Source: Phaeosaccion multiseriatum (Eukaryota; Protista; Ochrophyta, other classes). From it: a DNA stretch of 64,000 nt. The notes below the pieces were generated by a model. It ran no database searches. It was not told the origin of the DNA and saw nothing but the letters and a program-made list of their open reading frames with translations. The DNA lies in the NCBI GenBank assembly GCA_965112735.1, contig OZ218952.1:2852001-2916000 (forward strand), written 5' to 3'. A program made the position numbers and the translations under genes. Positions 53,488-64,000 of the stretch are shown here, in pieces. Numbering within the stretch: position 1 is the stretch's first letter; every line of letters starts with the position of its first letter.

Positions 53488-56309
53488 TCATTCCTCGATG
53501 CTTGGGGGGCGGAGCGCCGACTGCACACCCTCCTTCACCCCCTTGAGGGGTCCCACAAGCTCCGTGGCGATGTCCAAGGCTTGCACCAACGCTTCCGGGT
53601 ACTGTTCGATACGCTCGCCAGGCCCCTGCGGCAAGGCATCAAGCAGCGTCTTGACTACTTTCCTCGCGTATCCACCGTACGCGACCCCGCCCACCTCCCC
53701 ACGCCGTCTCCCGGCTTCCCTCTCTGCCGCCCTCAGCCGGCGCGTCGTGCTGTCGTTGGTCCCACCGGCGAGCTGGACAAAGTGCGGTGAGTCGCTGCTG
53801 CAAAAGTCAAGCGCCTCGGTCGCCAGCACTTTCATGGAGAATCTCACTGCCGCCGCCGCTGCACCTGTCCCGATATCGCCGCTCATGGGCCTCCCGTCCG
53901 TTTGCCAAATGTGCAGCAAGGGGGGGGGGGTTGGCATTGCTTGTGCATGGGGCTCTTGCGATTGCTGCCTCGACGCCGTCGCTGCACCACTGCTTGGAGT
54001 GGGCGTGGACTTGGGTGTGGGTGTGGGTATGGGTGTGGGCGCCCCCATGACTTGAGCCCATTCGGTGAGGGCGTCTGCCGTACCTTCGCCGAGATCTGCT
54101 TGGACCACACACACACACAGATACATACAGGCAAAGGGGGATAGAATCAAGAAGTGGGGTAGCCTTCTTTGACCTTACCTCATCCATCTACTCTCCTACC
54201 CCGCCTCTCTCCCTTTCTGTCCCTCTCTCGACCTCGCTCTCTTTGATCCTCTCTCTACCTGGACCATCCCCGGCTCTCCCTCTACCTCGCCATTCTCTCT
54301 CTCTCCGTCTGTCTCTCCTCCCTCCTCCTCCGCCTTGATCGCGCCACAAGTCTCCTTCTCTTCCCCAAGCCGGGCCAGATGGGACCCCAAGCGTGCTTGC
54401 TACGCCCATGCATGTGGGCAGGATAGACAGTAAAGCAAGGAGAGAGGGGCATGGGCTCACCTGGAAAACTGACGGCGATGGCTTTCAAAGAGGCGCGAGC
54501 TTCTTCTCCGATGGCGCCCCAGAGCTCTCTGAAACGCTCTAAATCTCCTTTGGTGTGTATTTCAATGGCGTCCACTTGGCCTCCGGTGAGCAGATCCAAC
54601 ACACGAGAAGGCGTACGGACATATGGCACAGCCTGGTTTTTGTTTGATGATCGTAAACCACACATACACACACGCACACACAGAGAGAGAGAGAGGGAAG
54701 GGGGAATCAATTTCGGCTGTTCCCGTGAGGACAGAGGATGATGTGAAGAGACAGTGCCTCCCAGGTGTGGTGCGAAAGGAGAGAGGAGGGAGGAGGGAGG
54801 AGGGAAGAGGAAAGACGGAGGGTGGAGGAGGGAGGAGGAAGGAGGAAGGAGGGAGGAGGGAGGAGGGAGGAGGGAGGAGGGAGAAGGGAGGAGGGAGGAG
54901 AGAGGAGGGAGGAGGGAGGAGGGAGGGAGGGAGGGAGGGAGGGAGGGAGGGAGGGAGGGAGGGAGGGAGGGAGGGAGGGAGGGAGGGAGGGAGGGAGGGA
55001 GGGAGGGAGGGAGGGAGGGAGGGAGGGAGGGAGGGAGGGAGGAGGGAGGAGGGAGGAGGGAGGAGGGAGGAGGGAGGAGGGCGGAGGGAGGAGGGAGGAG
55101 AGAGGACGGAGGGAGGTGGTACACAATCGCCGCGGCGGTCCTCGTCACAAATTCACGCATGAAGGGCCCTCAAAAAGTTCCGCGCAAGTGAAAAACCCAC
55201 AGATGAAATTAAATCATCGAGCGCACGCAGCCAGCCTCACTCAGCCTGCAGCACGGCTTACAACTTACCTCGACGAGCCCCAGAGGACACACGTCGATGC
55301 ACCGCCCACACCCGTAGCACCGGGCGTTCATGACGCCCCCCTGAGGAATGTCCTGGAGGTGCAGGGCCACAAGGCCTTCGAGTCTCGTCAATGATCGCAA
55401 TGAGGGTGATGGAGTAGTGGTAGTAGTGGTAGTGGTAGTAGTTGCACTAGCAGTAGTAGGAGGAGGAGTGTCCCGGCCCTGGGAAGCCAAGGCCGCCGGA
55501 GAATCTGTGACACACGTGTGGAGGCGACGGGCAAGAATAGAGCAGCGTTACCATACAGGGAAGGGGCAGGGACACGGCGGGGCGGGAAGCATGCAAGGGA
55601 TGGTTTTGGAGCATACTCGACATAGCTCATCTTCTACTTTCGACTTACCTCCGAAAAATATGGCGTCGGCAGGGCACACCGTCTCGCAAGGGCGAGGGCA
55701 GTCCGCCGGACAGCGAGTGGCATCAAAGTAGGCCTTTCGAAAGTGCGGGTCACTCTCGTCGTCGTTTACACTCACCATCAGCCAAGGCGTGGGGAGCTCC
55801 AACTCCCCTCCCGTAGCCTCCTTGGCCAGCTCGAGTGCTGCATTGATGCCGTCCCTTGCTGCTGCCACGATGGCCTCTTCTGCCGCCACATCAATACAAT
55901 CCATTCCCGCCAATGTGTAGACGAGAGCGAGATTTCGAATGAGAGGCGCGTCCTCCAAAGAAGCGCCACAAATAAGCTTGAACCAGTGGCCGGCGCGCAG
56001 AGACTCAGGCGGAGTGTGTTTCCAGCGTCGGAGCTGGCGGTCCAGGGCGGCGACACTGCCACGGCTACTACTGCTGCCTTTGCTTGTCGAAGAGCTTTGA
56101 GAAAGAGTGCTGCTTCTGCTGCTGCTGCTACTGCTGCTGCTACTGCTGCTGCTGCTACGCACACGTACTGTTGCTGTCCGTGCTACCGCCGACGCTCGTG
56201 GCGCTTGGACGACCCAGGCTGAGCACGTGGCACCGCTGAGAGCCAGACCAAAAACGAAGAGGATGATCGAAACATACTGCGGGAGAGGTAACGCCCAGGA
56301 GGGCTGCAT
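53488..56309 (-). CDS. ldpA: Plastid-targeted LdpA homolog (2x[4Fe-4S] protein; cyanobacterial circadian-input family); exons 56309-55649, 55340-55269, 54632-54461, ~54095-53488
   Basis: Motifs HWFKLICGAS, YTLAGMDCIDVAA, PWLMVSVND..DPHFRKA, CPADCPRPCETVCP, CYGCGRCIDVCP, VDAIEIHT, IWQTDGRPMSGDIG, VQLAGGTND, GVAYGGYAR. Signal peptide ending CSA/WVV followed by a Ser/Arg-rich transit peptide. Confidence 0.93.
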
Positions 56310-56505
56310 TCGCACTTCTACAGGAGGAGAGCGTAGGTGATAACATGAGAGGCGGAAGGGGGGGGCAAAACTCTACGCGTGTTGTTAATTCGAAGCCATC
56401 TGTGATCTACAGTTTGATGTTTGATTGTGATTATTTGCTGGAGCGAGTGAACCGAGCGCCATCCTTCTCCCTCGATGCATATCAGCCAGGCGAGGGCAGA
56501 TAAGA

Positions 56506-57829
56506 ATGCTGCTGCTGAAGGGTCCTGACTGTGGGTGTAGCAGCGGCAGAAACGGCGGTGAGGAAGCCAAGGAAAGCGCTTGGCTTAGCGGGGTGGAGCT
56601 GCTCGAGCAACACCGGAAAGAGCTTGAGGAGCAGCAGCAGCAGCAGCAAGAGCGACAGCAGCGACAGCGGCAGCATGAGATTAGAGGCAGCAGTCGCCTC
56701 TACGGCTGGAAAGAGTGGCAAGAAGACGATGACGAGGCCTTGGCCCCCTCTGGGCAGCCGTCCCGTCTCCAAGAGGGCGACGAGTCGGAGAAGAAGCAGC
56801 AGCGGAAGAAGCAGCAGAAAGAGGAGGCCCTGAACAACCGAAGTAGGCGAAGAGAGACGTACGAGTCGCTCCAGCAAGCTAAGTCCAATATGTCGCGGAG
56901 TAGGCAGACGCAGCAAGACGACTGTTTATGCCAACCGCCACCAGAAGAGCAGAAGGAGCTGCTGCTGGAGGAGCAGCAGCAGGAGGAGGAGGAGCCCACT
57001 CAACCATTGCCAGGGTGCGCGTTCCTTGCCGAGCTTTCCCAGCAGCGCTCCCTCCACTCCTCTTCGAATGGACAAGCCATCGAGCGTAGGTGGGTCTTGG
57101 CTGCCCGCCATTGGAATCGAAGGGCGTTTTCGAAAGCCATTGCCGCCCTCCGTCGCCACCGTTTGACTGTCTTGGGGAACCGAGCGCATTCCCGGAAAAT
57201 AGCGCGCAGGCAGAGAGAGAGAGGCACGGCGTGGTGCTGGAGCGCATGGCAGAGCTTCGCACGGATGGCAAAGAGGAGGAGACTAACCGACTACACGGCT
57301 CGTTGCTTTGCCACCCGCCGTGATAGAGCCAAGGGGGTCAAGATATGGGCGGCAGCAATGTGCCGTCCCACTCTTAGGGGAGGAATTATAGCAAGCGAGC
57401 GCCATTGCAGCAAGCGTCGTGTGTACACGGCCTTGGTGGAGTGGTGGAGACTCGCAGCGGTCAAGAAAGTGGTCCGCATGGCCTCGGCCCGAGCGGAGCA
57501 GTCGCTGCTACTGGCGAGGCTCTACACAGGCCTGCTTAGATGGAAGGCGGCGACTTCGAAAGGGGGCGACCGAGCGACCTTGGAGGAGGGGGGGGAGAAG
57601 GAGGAGGGAAGTGGGTTTACGGAGGGGCACTTCTTCTTCTCGTCCACAGCCGTGCCCTCTCGCAAAGGAGAGAGTTTGCGTTTCCACCGGGGCTGGGAGG
57701 CAGGCGGGGGGAGAGGCTTGGGAGAGGAGCGTCAAGCGCAGCAGCAAAGCAGGGGCCAGGTATTGGACTCAACTCCTCGGGGCTCACGCGGCAGCAACAG
57801 CAGCAACAGCAGCAGCAGCAGCAGCAGTT

Positions 57830-57868
<39 letters not shown>

Positions 57869-58494
57869 ACAGCAGTAGTAGTAGTAGTAGTAGTAGCAGG
57901 AGTAGCAGCAGGAGCAGCAGCAGGAGCAGTAGAGGTATTGGTTGTCGCACAGGCCCCCCATCGCAAGCCGCCGTGAGGTCTGGAGGATCCTCTCTGTTGT
58001 CTCCTCCAGAGACGCTGAAAGGGGGCCCGGCGGGAGGGGAAGGGGAGAGGCTGCGACGGAGCTGCGCTTATGGGCAGGTGGACAGTCCTCGACGAAGAGC
58101 AGGGGGTGTGGACGATGAGGGCGACAGTAGGAAGCGTACAGATGCAGTTTCCGAACATGGAGGCGATAGCAGCAGGAGGAGAAGCAGGAGCAGGAGCACG
58201 AGTAGGAGCAGGAGCAGCAAACGCGAGGCCTCTTCTGTAAGTGCTGCGAAGGGGATTGCAGCCCGTATGGCAGGGGCGAAGGGAGAGGAGGGCGGCGGGG
58301 AGCACGGGATAGATAGGGCAGAAGAATTGGGAAGAAGCGTGCTCGAACATGATGCCACTTCAGGCCGCGCTTTAGGCTTGTCTCCAGGAGAGCCCGGCGC
58401 GCACACATGGAGTGAGGCTTCGGTAACATCCTTAACGGACGAATCACCCGAGAGGGCACGTAGGAGATCACTACGAGTAGGAGTAGGAGTAGGA

Positions 58495-58535
<41 letters not shown>

Positions 58536-61500
58536 TGGTGATACGGCAGCAGGTTCATCGAGGGGGTCGTCGCGCTCGAGGGCATCTGCGAAAGAGGCGG
58601 CTGCAAGAGACAGCCTCTTGGGTGCTGCTCCCGACGCAGCATGGTGGGTGCTAAATGGAGAAGCAGCAGGGGCAGTCGCTGGGACGACAGGCAGGGGGAG
58701 AGATGGCAGCAGACGGGTGGCCGAGGGCCGACTCTCGGCGAGGTCCGTGAGCCCTCCTTCGAGCCGACGAGACAGGATGCTGGCGTTGACGCGGGCTGGG
58801 ATCGATGCCACAGCGTATAACACTCCTTCTGCAGCTGCGACCACTACTGCTACGACTACTCGTGTTGGATCTCCTGCTCCTCCTGCTGCCGGTACCCTGC
58901 CTGCCCTCCAGCGGCCGCTGTCTGCAGGCGCTCGGAGAAGAGCAGCAGCGTCAACCCCTCCTGGGCCCTCCTCGCCCCTCCTCTGTCGTTCTGCATCCCC
59001 TCTGACGGACTTGGTCCTGACACCGGTTGCTGGCTCCCCTTCCAAGCAGACCAGTCCGAGAAGCGTCGCGAGCTCTCCGGGGGGGCTGTGGGCCGACAAG
59101 GTGCGTGCGTGCATGCGTGCGTGCGTACGTGCGGCGGGAAGGCTCTCCTCGCTTGGTCCGTAGAGTCAATGGTGTTTAGAGTACTGAGGCTTTGATGGCT
59201 GCTTCTGTTCGTCCTCCTCCTCCTCCTGCTACTGCTGCTACTGCTGCTGCTGCTGCTACTGCTTGTGGGACCTCTACCGCTCGCCTCCCACCTCTTTCAG
59301 GTGGAGCTGGGACGGCTGCACTTCAACAGACGCCGCGCGAGACAGTGCCTGTGCTGGCAACAAGAGCACGCCAACTCACAAGCCCGGCAGCGGAGTCACA
59401 GGGTGGCCGTGGCCGGGCGGACCGCTTCCAACGCTCTCGCAAAGTGGTCTCACTTCACTCGAAGTGCGACGAAGCAGCGCCTTTGCGTTCGAGAGGCCTT
59501 CGAGTACCACCACTTTACAGCTGGCGACTGCAGGAAGGTCAAGGCCCTACATGTGTGGAGGGCCAGGTCGGCTGCGAGCTTCCTTCGGCGCTGCTGGGAG
59601 ATGGAGGTGGTGGGCTCGGTGGTGCTGCAAAGCTCGCTCCAACGAAGGGCCCTGCGGCGGTGGAGGGCGGGGAAGCAGCACAGAGAAGAGCAACAAGAGA
59701 CACTGCACATGACCGCAGAGGAGCGCTCGACTCGGCTGAGGAGAGAGGCGCTGCAGCGGTGGGGGGGGAGGGCGGTGATATGGAGGGCGCACAGAGAGGC
59801 CCAAGCACTTGGCGCTCACTTCGCCGAGGGTACACGGCGCTTCGATAAGGCCCACGGAGCCATCCTGGTACGTAACAGATTAGGTTGGATAAGATAAGGT
59901 TGTGTGGTTGTGTCTGCGTGGCGGTACCTGGTGTCTGCGTTTAGCATAGCTGGTCTGTCTTTCGCTCGCGCATGTGTCGGTCGGTCAGAGTCACTCGGTC
60001 GCTTGCCACTTCTTAGCTCTTTGTTGCCCCGATCGATGCCCACCCCCAATGACTGACCCATGGACCATGCCCTTCCATCCACGAACCCGGTCGATGATCG
60101 GTCTGGGTCCATCTGTCACCCCCCTCCATCCATCACTCCAACCATCCCCCCCATTCACCCCACTCCTTCCTCAGGAGTGGAGGAAGGACACCGCCCGTTC
60201 CAAGGAGAGTGCCGATCGCTTCCGCCAAGTGTGGCGCCGCAAAGTGTGGAGCGCCTGGGGCGGGTTTGTGAGAGACCAACACGTGGCGGACGAGGAGGCC
60301 CTCCAGCTTCACCTCAAGGCAGCGGGGTGGACCTCATGGGTGCGGGAGTGGGGCGTACAGCGGCGCCTGCGAGAGGGGAAGGGGAGGGCATTGGGTTGGC
60401 ATCTGGGCGGGCAGCGGGGAAAGGGGTTCGAGGAGTGGAGGGAGAGGGTCAGGAGGAAGAGGGACCTCGTGGAGAGGGCAGAGCGTTTCCATGACGCGAG
60501 GGGAGTGAGGGAGTGGCGACGAAGGTCAGTCGAGAGAGAGAGAGAGAGAGAGGGAGGGAGGGGAGAGAGAGGGGAGTAGAAGAGAGGGAGAGGGGGGCGG
60601 AGAGGAGAGAGAGAGAGAGAGAGAGAGTGGCGACCGAGGTCAGGCGGACAGGCTGGCGGTGGAAGTGGCGGGGATAAGACACACGCGTCTTTGTGTGTTG
60701 ATGTGTTTTTTCGGCAGTGCCCGCCCAATACCCCAACCGAGTGTACACTGGAGGTTACCTTAGCTTCCCACCCCTCTTCTCCCTCCCTCCCCCCTTCTCC
60801 CTCCCTCCCTCGCTCGCTCGCTCCCATCCTCGCTCCCACTCCTCTCTCCCTCCCGCCCTCGCTTACACCCTCCCCCCCCCTCCCTCACTCCCTCCCTCCT
60901 TCCCTCGCCCTTGCCATCGCAGAATCACGAAGAGGAAGGCGGCACAGGCCTCAAAAGGAGCCTCTCTCTCTGCAGGGGGGCTTCACTGTAGAGCACACCT
61001 GATGCGCAAGGGACTGGCCCTGCTGGAGAGGAGGAGGAGCCTGGCCGCGTTCGGCCGTCGCTCCGTCCGGAGACGCTACTGGAGGGCTTGGGTAAGGGTT
61101 GCGTCCGTTCTCTTTCTCCCTCCCTCCTTCGCACCGCACCGCGTGTTTTTTCTCACTTGCTTCGCTTCCTTCCTTTCTCCTCAGGGCCAATACATTGCGC
61201 AGCAACACCAATCGACTCTCGACTACAACGCTGCCGGAGCGCATCACAGGAGATTCCGTCGCTTGCAGACCCTCGCTACCCTCCTCGACAAAGCTCGCGC
61301 CACGTGTCGACGCCAGAGAGCAACCAAAGCCCTGGAACTGGCCCAGGAACGGAGGGGCAAACAAAGGACTCTCCGTCACTTGTCTGGCCTTGTTCAAAGT
61401 CGCCGTAGGCAGCTGCCACGCTTCGATCGCTTCCGTCTTCGTGCGGCCACTCGGTCGGTACTCTCTCGATGGAGCAAGAAGGCCTTTCGTAGGAGGGTGG

Positions 61501-63318
61501 GCAGGGAGCGATTGGCCACTGCCGCACAGACACTTCGCAGCCGAGTGGCCCTTTCGGTAAGGCTGCTGCATCAGGAGCAAGACGGCGGCCCTTTCCTTTC
61601 TTCTTTCTTCGTGTGGATGGGGGGATGGGCTGTGCTTGTGCTTGTGCTTGTGGTACCCCTCGACGCTCGACCTCTCTACTATTCACTTTGCGGAGGGGCT
61701 GACTCACTCACTCACTCACTCACTCACTCACTTTACTCACTCCACTCCCTCTCTCCACTCACTCCGTCGCTCACTCTCACACACACACTCCCTCACTTAT
61801 TCACTCACTCACTCACTCACAGAAAGTCACTCACTCACTCACTCCACGCACTCACTTACTCTCGCTCACTCCCTTTACTCACTCCCCCACTCCACGCACA
61901 CACTCACTCTCCCCCACTCTCTCGCTCGCTCCCGCACTCAACTCACTCCCTCGCCCACTCACTTCCTCACTCACTCCCTCACTCACAGGCGCTGACCAAG
62001 CTCGCCGAATGGAGCGGAGCGAGCAAGCGCATGGGCAGGCTCAGGGAAGCGACGAGAGAGCAGCTGGGGCAGAGAGGCCCTCCTGTCAGAAGATGCTTGC
62101 GACGCTGGGCTCACAGAAGCAGGCGAAGCAAGGCGGCAGTGGGCCTGACAGACTTGGCGACGATGATGTTCGCGCGTGGGGCTGAGGTGGGTTGGGAGGG
62201 AGGGGAGGGACGGAGGGAGGTGGGAGAGGGGGAGGGAGGGAGGGAGGGAGGGAGGGAGGGAAGGAGGGAGGGAGGGAGGGCGAAAGGGCGGGAGGGAGGG
62301 AGGTGGGGAGGAAGGGAGGAAGGGAGGGAAGGAGGGCGTCGGTAGGTCTGCCGAGTCGAATCAATGAAGATGCCATCTGTTCTCCATCTCTCTCCTCTAT
62401 CGTGACGGGACAAATTGACTCGATCGAGGGGTCCTTCATTCAATCACTCCACAAAGCTGCTTCGATGAGCAATCAATCTTTGCGTGTATTTGTGTAGTTC
62501 TTGCCGCCCACACCTTGTATTGCTTTGTAACGTGCTTTGCTTCGCGTTATTTTTGCTTTGCTTTGCTGCAGACGCTGGCGCTACACGGATGGCGCCGCTT
62601 CGTCCGCTCGGCCCTGGCGAGCAAAGAGGTGTGTAGATAGGTATATCGAGCATGTGGTATATTTGATTTGGATGGATATCACCGGAACGGCTGGCCACCG
62701 TCGGAGAAGCCTGCACCTAACCCTGGATGGAACCGTAATATATCCGTCATGCGTGCTCGCCTTGCTGTCAACAGGTGTTGCAGGGGGCCAGCGAGCACGC
62801 TGCGGACAGGCGGGGACAGGTCGGTCTGGTCTGCTGGCGGAGGCACACAGCGGCACACACAGTGGCTAGGTGTCAGGCAAAGCTGGCTACTCTTCACTGG
62901 ACCAAGGTAGGGTAATACGGGGAGGCGCAATAGATGTGTGTAGACAGGGTAGGGCATATTATGTACTGGCTCTTTTGTGTGGGGGAGGGAGCCCACCCAT
63001 TGCGTTGGTTGGTGTCCCTCCGTCCGTGACTTCTTCAAAATTAATGAATCAACACAAACACCCCTCCTGTAGCTCCAATTAACCCCCCCCCCCTTGTCTC
63101 CACTCTCTCTTTTCTCTCCTCTCTCTGCCCACACACCTGCCTGCCTTTATTTATTCCCACCTGCCTGCCTGCAGATCCTGTACCGTAAGGTTTTGGTGGG
63201 TTGGCTCGAGGAGGCGTCGCGTCAACGGTTGGAGCGGAGGAGGGAGACCGCGGAACACCGCATGCGAATGGCGGAGCTCTTGAGCCGCTGCCCACCTCAG
63301 CTGCCACCTCAATTGTGA
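56506..63318 (+). CDS. SFI1-like centrin-binding repeat protein (centriole/basal body), ~9 exons
   Basis: Many basic helical repeats ending in Trp (AWCWSAWQSF, RRVYTALVEWW, LQRRALRRWR, RREALQRWG, RKVWSAWGGF, RRRYWRAW, RSVLSRWS, RRCLRRWA, RKVLVGWL). Approximate exons: 56506-59100, 59301-59867, 60175-60524, 60923-61091, 61185-61556, 61989-62186, 62571-62628, 62774-62906, 63175-63318. Confidence 0.7.
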
Positions 63319-63410
63319 TTTGCTTTGTGATCATAGATCAATGTACACCCTTAAGTGCCATCTATGATTGTCTAAAAGTAATGTCTCACCAAGGGCTCAA
63401 CCCATAAACT

Positions 63411-64000
63411 ATGCTGCATTTTATGCTGCTCTCACTCGTACTTGGCACGTTTCTCTGTGCTCTTCACATTTCGGCCTTCACTGTGACACCAATTCAGACA
63501 TCCAGATCATCATTGACTAAGAGCAGGAGGATTATCGCACTGCAGAGCGAGGCAGCAACCGGAGAGAGAGGAGGAGGAGGAGGAGGAGGAGGAGAGGAAA
63601 TTGATGCGACGCCTGGGCCCCCGACAGTGAGGGGCTCCTATGTGACGGAGGACAGTCTGTTTCCGTACCCTATAGAAGCGTTTCCACAGAGAAGTGCAAG
63701 CGAGGTAAGAGGAATAGAGGCGACAGTTTAAAGTTGGTATGTGGATGCCGTATCTGCTCCTCTCCCCTCACCAAGAAGGCCCCTCCTTTCCCCTCGACCC
63801 CACCCCATACGGGCAGGCTTATTTTAACGGCACAACGGCGTCGTACTGGTGGTGTCAGGACCGAGATGCAGTAGGCGTGTACGTGCCTCTCTCGTCCCCC
63901 GACGTCACCAAGAAGGAGATTGTGTTCGAGGTCACGTCCTCGAAAGTAAAGCTGGTGGTGGAGGGGAAAGACGTGCTGCTGGGCACTCTCTTCAATACGG
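63411..64000 (+). CDS. Plastid-targeted CS (p23/NudC-like) domain protein, 3' truncated by the window end; exons 63411-63704, 63817->64000
   Basis: Signal peptide ending ISA/FTV plus Ser/Arg transit peptide. Exon 2 reads YWWCQDRDAVGVYVPL..DVTKKEIVFEVTSSKVKLVVEGKDVLLGTLF, the typical start of a CS domain (Y.W.Q....V.v.vp). Confidence 0.75.

Overview
Gene-dense, intron-rich, microsatellite-laden nuclear DNA of a eukaryote. It is most likely a photosynthetic stramenopile (ochrophyte, eustigmatophyte-like): three proteins carry a signal peptide plus an ASAFAP-type plastid cleavage motif, and axoneme/centriole genes imply a flagellated stage. About 14 protein-coding genes were reconstructed by hand from GT-AG splice sites: two tandem bactofilin-domain genes, a plastid PGAP1-like GHSIG hydrolase, a ~19-exon protein with duplicated RIIa/Dpy-30-like modules, an intronless F-box/tandem-Tudor protein, TRM10, DLEC1/CFAP81, a SMIM13-like micro-protein, a mitochondrial IMP peptidase, a PP2C, a coiled-coil protein, plastid LdpA, an SFI1-like protein and a plastid-targeted CS/NudC-domain protein. 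The most striking unexplained signal is a dispersed 14-bp motif, AGTTGGTGATACAG (7 exact and ~11 near-exact copies). It occurs on both strands, in introns, intergenic DNA and exons read in different frames, so it appears to be maintained at the nucleotide level. Other notable items are polarised G-rich/C-rich intron ends built from splice-signal-like microsatellites, a candidate recursive splice site, a TTTCAG-bounded MITE-like family and a dispersed TTACGTAA minisatellite family. Exon coordinates are manual and may be off by a few bases; most long ORFs in the supplied track are repeat artefacts.
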